NCBI GenBank assembly: GCA_030390025.1
Contig: CM059438.1
Coordinates: 70,124,001-70,188,000 of the forward strand
Direction of reading: 5' to 3'
DNA from: Squalus acanthias
Lineage: Eukaryota
DNA: 64,000 nt
The notes under the pieces were generated by a model. It had not been told where the DNA came from. It saw only the letters and a list, made by a program, of their open reading frames with translations, and did no database searches. The position numbers and the translations under genes were made by a program. This document shows positions 34,961-48,330 of the stretch, piece after piece (positions within the stretch are counted from its first letter, which is position 1; each line of letters starts with the position of its first letter).

Positions 34961-36489
34961 CTCATCATGCCATACGTCACACCGTGGGTGCAAAATCATA
35001 GAATTTAACACATGGTCCCTCAGATGAAGATTTCTAAAAGGTTTTAAAGACTTTCCTAGATTAATTTCTTCAGTGTGCCAATGTGGTATGGTATGATTAG
35101 GTGTAGCATGCATGCTTGGGAGGAAAAAGGCGATTTTGGACCGATGGTTCCCAAAGCTCTCCACCACTGGGATTTTCCTCGTGTCATTTCTGGGTCTATT
35201 AGAAACTAATTAATAGAGATTGATTGCTATGATTAATCCTCATTGTATCAGGTGACTACCAGGATGGTAGAAGGTGAACTAGATGAACCTTTTTCGTCTA
35301 GAAAGGTCTATGTTTTTATGTAGTTTCTAGGGTGGAGGCTTTTCTCTAACCATTTGTCGGGATTTCTTTGACTAAGGCTCTCAAGTTATCAAAACTTTGT
35401 TCAACCTGCTGGCGTTGCTGAAAGTTCCGAGTCTGTCATTCAGTTGATCTATGTAAATCCCCATTGGGTGTTGGGTATTCTGTCGAGTTTTATATTTCTG
35501 TAGAGCTTTATGTATGTTTTGGGCACATAGGGGGAGATTATTTCTCACGTTCTCTTACACTTTGAAAATGGCAAACATGTTTTACTGTTATATTCCAATT
35601 ATTATTGGAATTATACAGTTACTTTCCTAATCTATGCCCAGTTTCATTGTGAATTGTAAGTGACAACAATGGAAATGAAACTCGGGAGAGATGTATAACG
35701 GGCAGTCGATCTGATATAGCCTGCTTTACACTATCTCCCAAAGTTAAAATTACTTCCCATAAATGGTGAAAGGATTGATGGTGTTATTAAAGGAACTGGT
35801 AAGTTGATGCGTTGGTTTCAAAGGCAAACAAGCAACACTTCAGGTGTTTCATTAGTAATTGAAGAAGGTTGTGAACTTTACTATGTAAAATTTGAGAGAA
35901 TGTATTTCTGCTTGCTTTTTGAGATGGAGTCCAGTGTTTTTACTTATGATCAGTTCCACTAGAATTTCCAATTAAATGGATATATGTGGGTTGGACCTGT
36001 TTCTCCTTTCTTCTTTATTTTTTTTATTGAAGGTTTTTTGCCATTTCTGCTCTGCTATATTGGACAGTTCAAAGGCTTGTACATGCAATACTTTGAACAC
36101 CAAGTCATTCTTAGGGCTGAACATAATTCTTTTTAATCATGATAAGTAGAATTTTATAAACATTTATTTGCACGCCAACAGTCCCTAGATTCTGTGTTAA
36201 AGGTGCATTGTTTTATGAAAAAGTGTTTGGCAGTTCTTTTTTCACTCTTTCACTCAGAAAAGATGCAGTGATATAAACTGCATCATAACATATCATGTGT
36301 CACTTGCAAGTAATGTGATTATGATGAAAATTCTGACTCTTGTGGTTCTCCTCCCCAAATAATAATAGAAAATTTGTCACCACTATTTTTTTCCCATGAG
36401 GATGATGGGCTTTCAAATAGACTGTAAATCTGCTGATATGGTTGCCCTAGCTAATTTTTAAATGGATTACAATAATCATTGGAACATTG

Positions 36490-36655
36490 AAAGGTGTGCA
36501 GGGAGGTTCATGTCACAAGATGAAGCAAAGGAAAATCACGGGGCCACAGGGAGAGAGCTGGGGAGTATGATTAGCTTTGGAATGCTCTAGTAAAGAGCTG
36601 GCACACACAATGGGCCAAATAGCCTTTTTTCTGTGCTATAGGGTTCCATGGTTCT
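36490..36655 (+). mobile_element. Decayed CR1 3' end
   Basis: gagctggcacacacaatgggccaaatagcct...ttccatggttctgt tail. Confidence 0.5.
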
Positions 36656-37371
36656 GTATATTATGATTATGTAATGTTCATGCAAGTGCAATCATCTACT
36701 GAAACCAGAACTCCATCATAAACAGATTCGGGACACAGAACACTCCCAGGGAGTGATCAGAAGCCAAGGTGTAGAACCAGAAGGTGACATTGTTGTGGTA
36801 ATGGTACTAAAATATCTTTGGGATGCACAGAGTCTTCCATGAGATCATTCGAGTCCTTGGAAATCCATGAGTGTCGCAAAAAATGTAATGTGACTTGGTA
36901 TATCTTATGTTGTACCACTCAAATCGTTGTTCTGTTAAAGTATCTCTAATACAGTAAATTCCTTTACAGTTATGTAAAGGACTCGCTGACATTGAATTTA
37001 GTGACTTATCGGGTAGCTTAACATTGACAAGCGTTATCTGGCAAAGTACAATGGTGCTTGACGGTAACACTTGTTCACTTTTCTGGGTTTTCAAGTAGGG
37101 AATACTTAACTAACAGTGCAACTTAAAAAAAAAAACAGCCACTTGTAATTTAGGAAGGCCACAGGTGTTTTCCCACATTACCAGGTGTTATCAGTGGAGC
37201 CTGCTTAAATCCTTTGGCTTCATTCTTTCTCTACGTGCCTAGACCAAGTCCGACATCATGGATTGTACATACTAGAACGTAGGGGGAAAACAAAGTGTAA
37301 TGTGGCAAATGGATGTGAGAAATGGACCAAAAACAACTATAGAAAGGGCCAGAGCCTGAAGATCTATATTA

Positions 37372-38020
37372 CATAAGAACATAAGAAATAGGAGCAGGAG
37401 TAGGCCAATCGGCCCCTCGAGCCTGCTCCGCCATTCAATAAGATCATGGCTGATCTGATCCTAACCGCCAATCTACTATCTATCACAGAACCATCTCCTG
37501 CATCTAACAGAATTGCACACACGAAATAGGAGCAGAATCAGGCTACACAGTCCCTGGGCCCGCTCCACTACCCACAGGGCCATGACCGATCCGAACCTAG
37601 ACTCATGTCCAAATTCCTGCCCGCTCCCCGTAACCCTTAATGCCCTTTACTTCTAGGAAACTGTCTATTTCTGTTTTAAATTTAATTAATGTTGTAGCTT
37701 CTACAGCTTTTTGTGGCAGCATATTCCATGGACCTACCACCCTCTGAGTGAAGTAGTTCCTCCTCATCTCAGTTTTGAAAGAGCAGCCCCTTATTCTAAG
37801 ACTATGTCCCCTAGTTCTCGTCTCACCCGTCATCGGGAACATCCTCCCCGCATCCACCCGATCCAACCCCTTCACAATCTTATATGTTTCAATAAGATCG
37901 CCTCTCATTCTTCTGAACTCCAATGAGTAGAGTCCCAATCTACCCAACCTCTCCTCATATGACCACCCCCTCATCCCCGGGATTAACCGAGTGAACCTTT
38001 TTTGCACTGCCTCGAGAGCA
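37372..38020 (-). mobile_element. CR1 LINE 3' fragment with duplicated 3' UTR
   Basis: ALEAVQKRFTRLIPGM..RRMRGDLIETYKI; two successive gaaataggagcag motifs at ~37385 and ~37523. Confidence 0.9.
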
Positions 38021-38594
38021 AAGGAAGAATAATGAAAAGAAGGAAACAAATCATATTGATATATTAAAAGCCTTGTAACATCTTTTTGTCGCATTTCAGA
38101 CACACTTCCGTCACTCCTAATCATTGTCAAATTTAATACAATCAGCGCAAATATTCAAACTCGTCAAATTTATACAGCAATATGATTTTACCACACCTAA
38201 TAGGATCATTATTCCAACGTGATTGATTCCCAGTCCTGATTTCCACTTTTTGAAGAGTTGCAGCAGACCATAGACAAGTTAAGACAAACTAAAAGCAGTT
38301 GAACAGCTCCAATCAATGTGGGAAAGTTTAACTTTTTAAACAATGATTCTTGTACTTTAATTTACACCTCTACCTCCTGCACTCAACACTCTTTCTTACA
38401 GATACAAAGCAATCTTAAAACGTGTTTCAGTTTCCTCTCTCCAAGGACGTATCATTTTCATACTGTCTGCAACTTGTTCACTGACCTGTCAATCGAACAA
38501 AGCCAGAATTCTAAAAGAACGCACTTTCATTTCAAGAACTTAGGACATCTTCCGGCCTCAATGCAACTCACAGCTGCATTCTGTTTTGCATAAT

Positions 38595-39110
38595 GAGCCA
38601 TATTTTGCTGTAGTAATCATAACTGCGTGATAAGTCTTAATTACTGCCAAACAACCTCTTTGGCAATGAAAATTAACTTTTACAAGTGTGTAGTCTCATT
38701 CCTTCAGATTTTAATTGTTGTTGGAGATTTAAAAAATTTTTAATTCAATAACTTATTTTTTCTTTTTCTTTCTGTCTCTTTTATCACTCAATCCCATCTT
38801 TCTTTCCCTCTCTTTATTTTGCTTTCTGCACCTGATTTGACGTTGATTAAATATCTAACTGACATTTCCTGGTTCAGACTCTGCACTGCTCATTAACAAT
38901 TCTTTAATCCAATTGGTTAAGAAGATTACACAGTTGCTTGCCTTGCTCACACAGGTCCCACATCCCCTGTGGAGGGCACCGCGCTGTTTTGGCTCTCTCT
39001 CGATTTACAGTAAGTTCCAGTGCAAAAATCCCATAGAAAGTCTGTGGGCTAGTACAAGTGTGATGAACGGCTGGCACCGCTTGTTCGCTACTGAGAGCAA
39101 AATCTGGCTC
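38595..39110. mobile_element. MITE with 15-bp TIRs
   Basis: GAGCCATATTTTGCT / AGCAAAATCTGGCTC (1 mismatch); AT-rich centre; no TSD match. Confidence 0.7.
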
Positions 39111-40119
39111 AGATAACCTCCTGCTCTTATAAAGCAGTGCATACTCTAACTCGCTGTGAGTAGTCAGTCTGTGTGTGCATGTGTGGGCTTGTTTGTCTTG
39201 TAGGGAGATAACATCAGGGCCACTGATTGAAAGTGACTGAATAATAGAAATATAATTTTTAATTAGATCATATTTTCTGGGTTTTTTTTACTGGTGATTT
39301 ACGCAGTGCTGTCAATTATTCTGTGAAAACTCTTTATTATTTATTTGCTCCCAGCCTACGACGAGCCTACTTTTGTTTAATTCATATTTTTATTGCTGAC
39401 AAGTCAGCATTATTTATGCATTTTAATATTTCCTAGCACACAATCTTTGACTGTTTTAATATAAATGGCTGCAACGTGTTCTTCTTTTTTCTTTATCTAC
39501 CTTTGCCTGCTCCCGGAGAAGCTTGATTAACCTGCACACTTTACATGTACCATTGGCAAGAAGCCAGGTGGAGAATCTGACTTTACCCGCACCAGTGCTG
39601 AGAACCCTGCACCATTGCCAACTTTATTTTCCTTTTATTTATGTGTTACAGTTTCTCCCCATTCTGTAGGACACCTCCTTCAATCATGGAGCCTGTTTAT
39701 TTATGCAAACCATTCTATTATCATGCCCCAGTTTATTTAATTCATTTCACCCAATTTTCACTTACTGTCATTTGCAATTCATTAAGCTTGTTAGTTTATT
39801 TAATTAACTTTGTACGTGACAACTTCCCTACCCTTAATTATTTTTTTTTCACACACAGTTCTCTATAATGACACTGTAATCCTTAAAGAAGCTTTTGTTT
39901 ATTCCACTGATTTATATACACATCACATAATAATGCAGAGTCAAAAAATTTACTCCACAAAATACTATTAAAAATTCCACAATACCATGTAATGAGTAAG
40001 ATTTCGCTTTCAGTACCATGGATCATTCGCTATTATAATACTTTGTTCATGACAGGGTATATCACCCTATTATAATGCAGTATATCTCTTGAATCACTAC
40101 ACGCAATACCACAGCAGAT

Positions 40120-40255
40120 AGAATCATAGAATAATTCAGCACCGAAGGAGGCCATTCAGGCCATCGAGACTGTGCCGGCTCTCTTAAAGAGCTAACAATT
40201 CGTAACCTGCTTTTTACCCATAGCCCTGCAAATGCTTCCCTTTCAAGTGTATATA
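40120..40255 (-). mobile_element. CR1 3' end fragment
   Basis: atagaatcatagaa tail and gaaggaggccattcaggccatcg 3' UTR. Confidence 0.65.
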
Positions 40256-43200
40256 TACATTGCAGTCTTGGGGGGAGGGGCAAAGCAAAACTAGAAAGTA
40301 TGCCAGTCATGTTTGGTGTTTCTTTCTGATCTTGATAACCTTGCCTTTTCCCAAACAGAGAGCAACAAGTAGCCAATCTAGAGAAACTCTCAACAGCGGC
40401 TATTGAACTGAGAACCTGCTTAGACTGCTTCCCCACACTGAAGTAGCTGTTAACGAACAGACCAGTCGAGCAGCTAAACATCATAACATACTATGGACCC
40501 CAGTCAGCAAAGTCACTGGAGATCAGTGTAAAAAATAAATAACAGAATTAGATCTGTCTAGACATGGCCACTAGTTTCAGTTAAGCCAGAGAAAGTGCAT
40601 TGCAATTAGAAGGGAGTATACATGAAGCTAAAAGGAAAGATTTAAATGGCCAAAAGCGAAGTACTACTTCATTCAGATTCCAATCAGGTACTGCAATTTG
40701 CATCCTCAGACGCTTCATTTGCAACAAGTTGATTTAATGACTATGCAGTGGCTTCTTTGAGGATTTTTGTAGTGTTGTGCAAGTTTGAATTATGGTACGT
40801 TTCTTTTGCCAGAGTTAATTAACCTGATGTTATAAATGGCAAAGATGTGCAGTAATATTTAAAAAGGAAATTTCAAAAGGACTATTACAGTGTCATTTAA
40901 TCAAGCTGTTATGACTGCCACTTGGACCTGCTTGCAGTTGCTGTCAGAACTTTGTTTAATTATATGAGTGAAGTCAGGCCTTCAGTCTTGACCCTTATCA
41001 AATCTGAGCAAGTACAGTAGTATTGAGCCAAGTGAAATGAGCAGCCTACTATCCCCATGGGCTCCAGCATCTTACAGTGTTACTGGGTTACTGCATTCAT
41101 TCTTCAGTTTATTTTCCCATCAACTTTTGCAAGATGATGCCGTGTTTTTAATCAGTCTGTGAAGAATGTGCACAATTAGTGACCGGATGAAGTGAGATCT
41201 AAAGGTTATCAATGGAGAGGATGTGTATAATTCACATTAAGGATTGCTTTGTGCAGTAACTGTTGGTTAAGCAACAGTATAATATATTCACCCTGTAGTC
41301 TGCCAGAGTAACAGCTGATATTAGTTATCATCAACTCATATGATGCTGTCGCCATTATGGCTCTCTCACTTTCACTGCAGTGTTTGTGGTCAGTCCCTGC
41401 TGTATAACTCTAAACAAATAAAATATCCTTTTGTTGTACTGCCAGATAGAATAACATATATTTAGCAGTGATTTAAAAGTGGTAATTCAGTTTAGGGTGT
41501 CAAGCGTCTCAATAATATACTTAACTTTGTTATCTGACAATGTAGACCGCATTTTTGAGACTTCACTATTTTATTTTTCATTTGCCCATTACTTCTCAAT
41601 TGTATTGTGCACCATAAGCATCCAACAATGTTTCTCTGAAAGTGACTGCCAGGAGGTGTGAGGCCAAGGATGACACACTCTGTTTTTTGCTCCACTCAAT
41701 CTGCGTTAATAGCTAATCTTTTCTTGGTATCTCCCCACACTGGAATACCTGAGATCAAGAACCCTGGCTGTGGGCTCACATCCCAGCGTTCCATGGTGAA
41801 ACATTCTGGTCTTTTAACTTGACATGTGGTGCCTGATTGAAAACTAAATCTCCATGCTGAAGACATTTGATTCTTTACATCTTTATATATTCTTATTCCT
41901 ACGGCCAAAGTGTTCATTTGGCCTTCTGGGCTGGCAAGTGGCCAAGTCAGTACTTTAGCCATACGATTTGGACTTGCTAAGAACTATGGGTAAATAATGC
42001 TATTGAAGACTTGGTACAATATTCCCGTTCTCCCCAAAAGGACATAATTCTCACTTAAGCAATTAATCTGTTGTGGGAAAGATGGGCTTTGTGCAGGGAC
42101 TATGATACCTTGGTGACATACATTAGCTACAAGTATCTTAACAGGGAAGCATTGTTATGAGAACCCAGATTGCATAAATTAAGCAATTAATTTCTGAATG
42201 ATTATGACATCTTAAAAAGGAACTATTCATTTATTTTTTCTATATATTTATTTGGTTATACTGTTCATCATGATCCTACCCCAGACCATGACTATTAATT
42301 GAATTCAGCAATACTTGCAGTTGATGTCATGTTAGTTTAATTTCCCAAAACCGGTTAGGACATTGACAGGAAACAAATCGTCCTGAACAGTAAATGTTCG
42401 GCCATTTTGAAATGAGCCTTCAAGATCCAATGAAAAATGGCTTACAGCCGCTGCCAGTAAACACAGAGGTGCAGTGAGTTTAAAATGTCTTTCTGACTAC
42501 GTTCATTCAAAATTCATTTGACCATATGGCGTTGCTGATATTTTACTGAGTTTTGATTTTCTTTCTAATGGCTTTAAAATTCAGTTGACGTACATTAACA
42601 AAAAGGGACGCAGCACCTTGAAGATACCGAGTGCAGTCAATTTCAAACAATCTCATACCCCGAGGAGATAGCAGAATTTAAATTTGCACATGGGTAGTTA
42701 TGCTTCTAAATGGTCTAATTTAGACTGGCAGTCTCTGAACGATTAAACTGTTTGAAACATTAAACATGTTGTCTGGACTGATGAAATAGATGAATGAGGT
42801 TTGCAGTGTGTGTTGTCAAGACTTTTTACTCTTGGGTTAGTTGCTGTTGAGGTCAATTTAACTCTGCAACATTGCTCTAACATGTTCATTTCTGGTATTG
42901 TCTTTAAAGGGAGGAAGCTATGCGATCTACGTATTTTGAAACCCCTGATGACCTGTTGTCCTCATTTGGCCCTGTGCGTGACTGCTCCCGGGATAATGGA
43001 GGTTGCACGAGAAATTACCGTTGCGTGACTGATCGAAAGGTTGACTCCACGGGCTGTGTGGTATGTTGTGAAACCTCATCATCAATAACATCATAAAATG
43101 CATGATGCAGAAAGTAGTGCTACTGAAGGGAATGGTTCATTTATAGATCACCCAAAAAGATTACAAAAGCATCAAGGGTAGCCTTAAGCTTAACTCTTGG

Positions 43201-43689
43201 TAATAGTGCAAAAACTGATGCGCTTCAAGTGTAAGTTAAATTGAGAATGCTTCAGCAAAGTTGTATTTTTTATCAACCACGGGATGCAGCCAATCTCCAA
43301 ATCTGCTGACTTGCCGGACTGACCGATGGTCCCAAGTGACCACGAGTGACTTGTCAGATTAGTGTTGAGTGGTCCTTCCCAACAAATCAATCTGGTTGAC
43401 AACTTACAAAGTCACGCCACTTATTCCATCTCCTATATTCAGCCAGGCTTTATTGGTTTCACATTGCCCCACTGGGAAGCTCTGGAAAATAACAGTAACT
43501 GTGTTGATTCATCCACTGATTGCAGACGAGCAGTGTTGTCTCTCACGGTTTGTTTGGTCGTCTGCCCAGTTAAGTGAATGGAAGCAGTAATTTGCTCAGC
43601 TTTTCACACACAGCTGTTGCTCCCTTTCCCAAAGGTGTTGACATTTGCTGGGATACAGTTCTGTGGTGCTGCCAGCCATCTGCTATGGA

Positions 43690-43970
43690 TTCAGTGGCCT
43701 AGTTGGTTATAATTGTGGGGTCCAGGTTCATGAGTTCGAATCCCACCATGGCAAGAATTCAAAAGAATCTGTTAATTTGTGGGCAACAATGAAAGCTGCT
43801 GGATTGTTGATATCTGCTTGACAAGAGGGAAGTGAAACTGTCACTCCTACCTGGTCTGGCCTAAATGTGACCCTGGTCCACACTATGTGGTTGACTCCTC
43901 ATGCCCCTAGGACAGCTAGGGTTGGGCAATAAATACACCCTTGTCACCCACTTCCCATGAACAAATAAAT
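43690..43970 (+). mobile_element. Diverged SINE of the second family
   Basis: B-box gagttcgaatccc; core and tail similar to 46207-46590. Confidence 0.6.
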
Positions 43971-44116
43971 GAAATTGTAAGCATAAAAAGTGAGTATTGA
44001 CAAGCTATTTAAACATGGAGGTCTCACAGCCTAGTCATACACAGTTTCCAGCAGCGATTACTGAATAGCAATTGGCAATGAGAAACTTGGCTGATTTTCC
44101 TTTTCCCTAACTCAGA

Positions 44117-44535
44117 AAGAAAGACTTGCATTTATATAGCGCTTTTCATGAACTCAGGACGTCCCAAAGCGCTTTGCAAATGAAGTATATTTGAAGTGTA
44201 GTCACGAATGAAGGTGGCAGCCAATTTACACACAGCAAGGTCCTACAAACAGATCAGATCATCTGTTTTTAGGTGTTGGTTGAGGGGTAAATAATGGCCA
44301 GGACACCGGGGACAACTCCCCCCCCCATTTCTTCGAAATTGTGTCCACCTGAGTGGGCAGATGAGGCCTCGGTTCAACATCTCATCTGAAAGATGGCACC
44401 TCTGACAGTGCAGCACTCCCTCAGTACTACACTGGAGTGTCAGCCTGGACTTTGTGCTCAAGTCTCTGGAGTGGGACTTGAACGCATAACCTTCCTATTC
44501 GGAGGCAAGAGTGTTACCCACTGAGCCATGGCTGA
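44117..44535 (-). mobile_element. DeuSINE-type SINE
   Basis: Reverse complement of the 33668-34098 family. Confidence 0.85.
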
Positions 44536-46050
44536 CTTTGACTTGAATTGTAGCCCCAACTGCTGCCAATGGATATCAATATAATCTGGCATTTCATTAT
44601 GCTATGTGTATCATAACAGGGAAGATGAGCGATACCTTAAACAAAGGCTTCCTCTGTTACATCAATGTACAGTTTGACTAGAAATATCAACCACAGAAAA
44701 TCTTCTTGCTGTGTTTTTGATATTCCAAATTCACAGTGAGCAGATCCTACCCCATTGTGTTAGCTTTGATTTTTGCACTAACAACAGTGTATTCAAGTCA
44801 AAAAAAAGCAGATGTCTATAATAAAAATATTAGTGGATGGTTGACTCAAACCAAGTTTAGAAAGTTTGATTTTTCTGGTTCATGTGAGTCACTTTATTAA
44901 TGTGGGTGAGAGTTAACTGATATAATTTGCATTGTTATGAGGAAAGATGGACAGGTCTAGCTTGGTACTGAGGTCTTATGGGTCTTATTAATTAAGAAAA
45001 AATCATACTGCTTAGAATTACATTACTGAATGTCAGTGTATATCACATCAAAGATAAGGTTTATTGCGTTGGAATTACCTTTTGCGAGTTGGTTCTTTTG
45101 GAAGTAAGATAAATGTTCCTCATGTTGTTATTTAAATGTCAGCTGAGTACTGTCAAGCTAGATTCAGCGTTAAGGGTATTGTTCTGCGGGGAGATTGGAT
45201 TCATGCAAGGAAATATGATGAACTGAGCATATGTCACTAATAATTAAGTCAAAGTTACTTTATGAATCTGGTTTTCAGGTATAGTTCCATATCTGTACAG
45301 GAGTCAGGTACAGTGGCACTCTTCCCAAATTCCTGTTGGTGTTTTTATGATGAATTCCTTTGAATTTGATCGATGTGTGTGCATCACATAGTCTGATGGA
45401 TGTGAGGCCTTGTATATCAACTTTTAATTAATTCAATATCAAACAAATGAGATCTATGATTGGACTGGGAAACAGCAGCCCCGTAACATAATAGTCTCAA
45501 TTAAGCATTCACATTCACTTAAAGCCAACTGCGTCTATACCAATTAAAGTGATCCCTGTGCAACTTTGGGTGTAATTACTGGAAGGGACGCAGAGGTACT
45601 TTGATGACTGGAACATTGACATATACGTGTGTCTCTGTGCTTTCCTTGAATAAGTTAAGACTGTTCAGATTTTCTGAGCACAACAGGGACCTGATGCTTA
45701 TTTGAATCTGTGCTATTGGAGTAATGTGATCAACAGCTGAGTTCCTTTCAAGGAACCCTCCTTAGATTTGTCACAAATTTAGAAAGCAATCTTCAATAGC
45801 TGTTCAGCCCTTCCGTTGGATCCGACCTTTCAAATTCTGGGTTTGCTTAAATGTCATGCACACTGCTTCCAGTTTCTATAGGGCATTCGTATTCTTTTGA
45901 ATTCTCAATGAGATTACAGTTATAGGCAAGGAATCCCTTAAATGACCTGATCAGAAAACACATCCATCCTAGTTATAACAACAACTTTCATTTATATAGC
46001 ACCTTTAAAATAGTAAAATGTCCTAAAGTGCTTAAATTATAATGAAGTTA

Positions 46051-46720
46051 TACTTCTCTGAGGTGCTTTTGCATTTCATTTGACTTCTCTGGGGAGCTCT
46101 ATTTATAATTTTAACTTCTCTAAGATGCTTTCTTTCTCGGTTCACCTCTCTCAGGCGCTCCCTTGTGAGTTTACTTCTCTCCCATATCCCCCTTTCAATC
46201 TTTATTGGGTACAGTAGCACAGTGGTGATGTTACTGGACTAGTAATCCGGAGACCTGGACTAATGATCCGGAGACACGGCCGCTGGTGAATTTAAATTCA
46301 ATTAAATAAATCTGGAATTAAAATCTAGTATCAGTAATGGTGACTATGAAACTGCCGGATTGTCATGAAAACCCATCTGGTTCACTAATGCCCTTGAGGG
46401 AAGGAAATCTGCCGTCCTTACCCAGTCTGGCCTATATGTGAGTCCAAACCCACAGTTGACTCTTAACAGCCCTCTGAAATGGACTAGCACGCCACTTAGT
46501 TGTATTCACTACCACCTACTCAAGGGCAATTAGGGATGGGTAATAAATGCTGGCCTTGCCAGCGATGCCCACATCCCTTGCATGAATAAAAACGATCTTA
46601 CTTCTCTCGGGTACTCCTCTTTCAATTTTTTTTTTGCTTCCCTTGGTTGTTCCCCTTTCCAGCTTCCCTGATGTCCCTTTCTCAGTTTATTTCACTCAGG
46701 TGCTTCCTTTTAAATTTTAC
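46051..46720. repeat. Degenerate ~30-bp pyrimidine-rich minisatellite interrupted by a SINE
   Basis: Recurrent ACTTCTCT at ~30-bp spacing over 46051-46200, resuming at ~46598. Confidence 0.55.
46207..46590 (+). mobile_element. tRNA-like SINE, second family
   Basis: Head tagcacagtgg; 3' tail caagggcaattagggatgggtaataaatgctggccttgccagcgatgcccacatccc shared with the LINE end at ~52290-52350. Confidence 0.8.
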
Positions 46721-47021
46721 CTGGTTCCTTCTCTTTTGAACTGGTCTTCTGCCTGGTGATCAGTCTTCTTTCAGCCCTTTAAAGTTAGCTGATCTCCGCT
46801 GCTAATCACACCGCACTAAGGGTTTGGCAAAGTGAAGTTCTCCAGCGACAAAGTGTTGCACATTATAATTTTACATAATTTGTTACTTTGCCTTCAAAAT
46901 ATCAGCAGCTCCCAATGGAGTCTGTCTCTTTACTTTGTTCTTTTCCCTTTTTCTCAGCAGTACATTCAGTTTGTCAACGTGGTATTTTTAATGGAATTTG
47001 CATAACGCTGTTCAATTCTAC

Positions 47022-48330
47022 TACATAAGAACATAAGAAATAAGAACAGGAGTAGATCACTTGGCCCTTCGAGCCTGCTCTGCCATTCAATAAGATCATG
47101 GCTGTTCTTCTACCTCATCTCCACTTTCCTGCACTATCCCCATATCCCTTGATTCCCTTAATATCCAAAAATCTATCGATCTCTGACTTGAATATACTCA
47201 ACGACTGAGCCTCCACAGCCCTCTGGGGTAGAGAATTCCAAAGATTCACCCCCCCTCTGAATGAAGAAATTTCTCCTCATCTCAGTCCTAAATGGCCGAC
47301 CCCTTATTCTGAGATTGTGAACAAATCATTGATATAGATTGTGACTAGCTGATCCTTGTGGTACCCCACTAGTTACAGCCTGCCAACCCGAAATGACCCG
47401 TTTATTCCTACTCCCTGTTTTCTGTCCATTAACCAATCTTCAATCCATGCTAGTATATTACCCCCAATCCCATGAGCCCTAATTTTGTTTAATAACCTCT
47501 TGTGTGGCACCTTATCAAATGCCTTCTGAAAATCCAAATACACCACATCCACTGGTTCCCCCTTATCTATTCTGCTAGTTACAACCTCAAAAAACTCTTA
47601 ACAGATTCGTCAAACACGATTTCCCTTTTGTTGACTCTGCCCAATCCTATTATTATTTTCTAAGTGCCCTGTTACCACGTCCTTAATAATAGATTCTAGC
47701 ATTTTCCCTACTACTGATGTCAGGCGAACTGGTCTGTAGTTCCCCGTTTTCTCTCTCCCTCCTTTCTTAAATAGTGGGGTTACATTTGCCACCTTCCAAT
47801 CCGCGGCAACCATTTTAGAATCTATGGAATTTTGGAAAATGACAACCAATGCATCCACTATCTCTATAGCCACCTCTTTCAAAACCCTAGGATGCAGGCC
47901 ATCAGATCCAGGAGATTTATCGGCTTTCAGTCGCATTAATTTCTCCAGTACTATTTTTTTACTAATACTAATTTCTTTCAGTTCCTCATTCTTGCCTTGG
48001 TTCTCCACTATTTCCAAGAAGTTTTTTGCGTCTTCTTCTGTGAAGACAGACACAAAAGTATTTGTTTAATTTCACTGCCATTCCCTTATTCCCCATTATA
48101 ATTTCTCCTGTCTCAGCCTGTGAGGCACCCACATTTATTTTCGCTAATCTTTTCCTTTTTACATACCTATAGAAGCTTTTACAGTCTGTTTTTATGTCTC
48201 TCGCTAGTTTACTTTCATATTCTATTTTCCCTTTCTTTATCAATTTCTTGGCCCTCCTTTGCTGAATTCTAAAATCTTCAGGCTTACTACTCTTTTTGGC
48301 AACATTTTAAGCCTCTTCCTTTGATCTTAA
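47022..48330 (-). mobile_element. CR1 LINE with internal deletions
   Basis: KSPGSDGLHPRVLKE, WKVANVTPLFKKG, NYRPVRLTSVVGKMLE, VVYLDFQKAFDKVPH; CR1 3' end at 47022. Confidence 0.92.

Noticed and set aside
40356..40445. Possible terminal exon after ccttttcccaaacag (EQQVANLEKLSTAAIELRTCLDCFPTLK*)
   Set aside because: Short, not recognised, and no partner exons found; needs RNA-seq or homology support.
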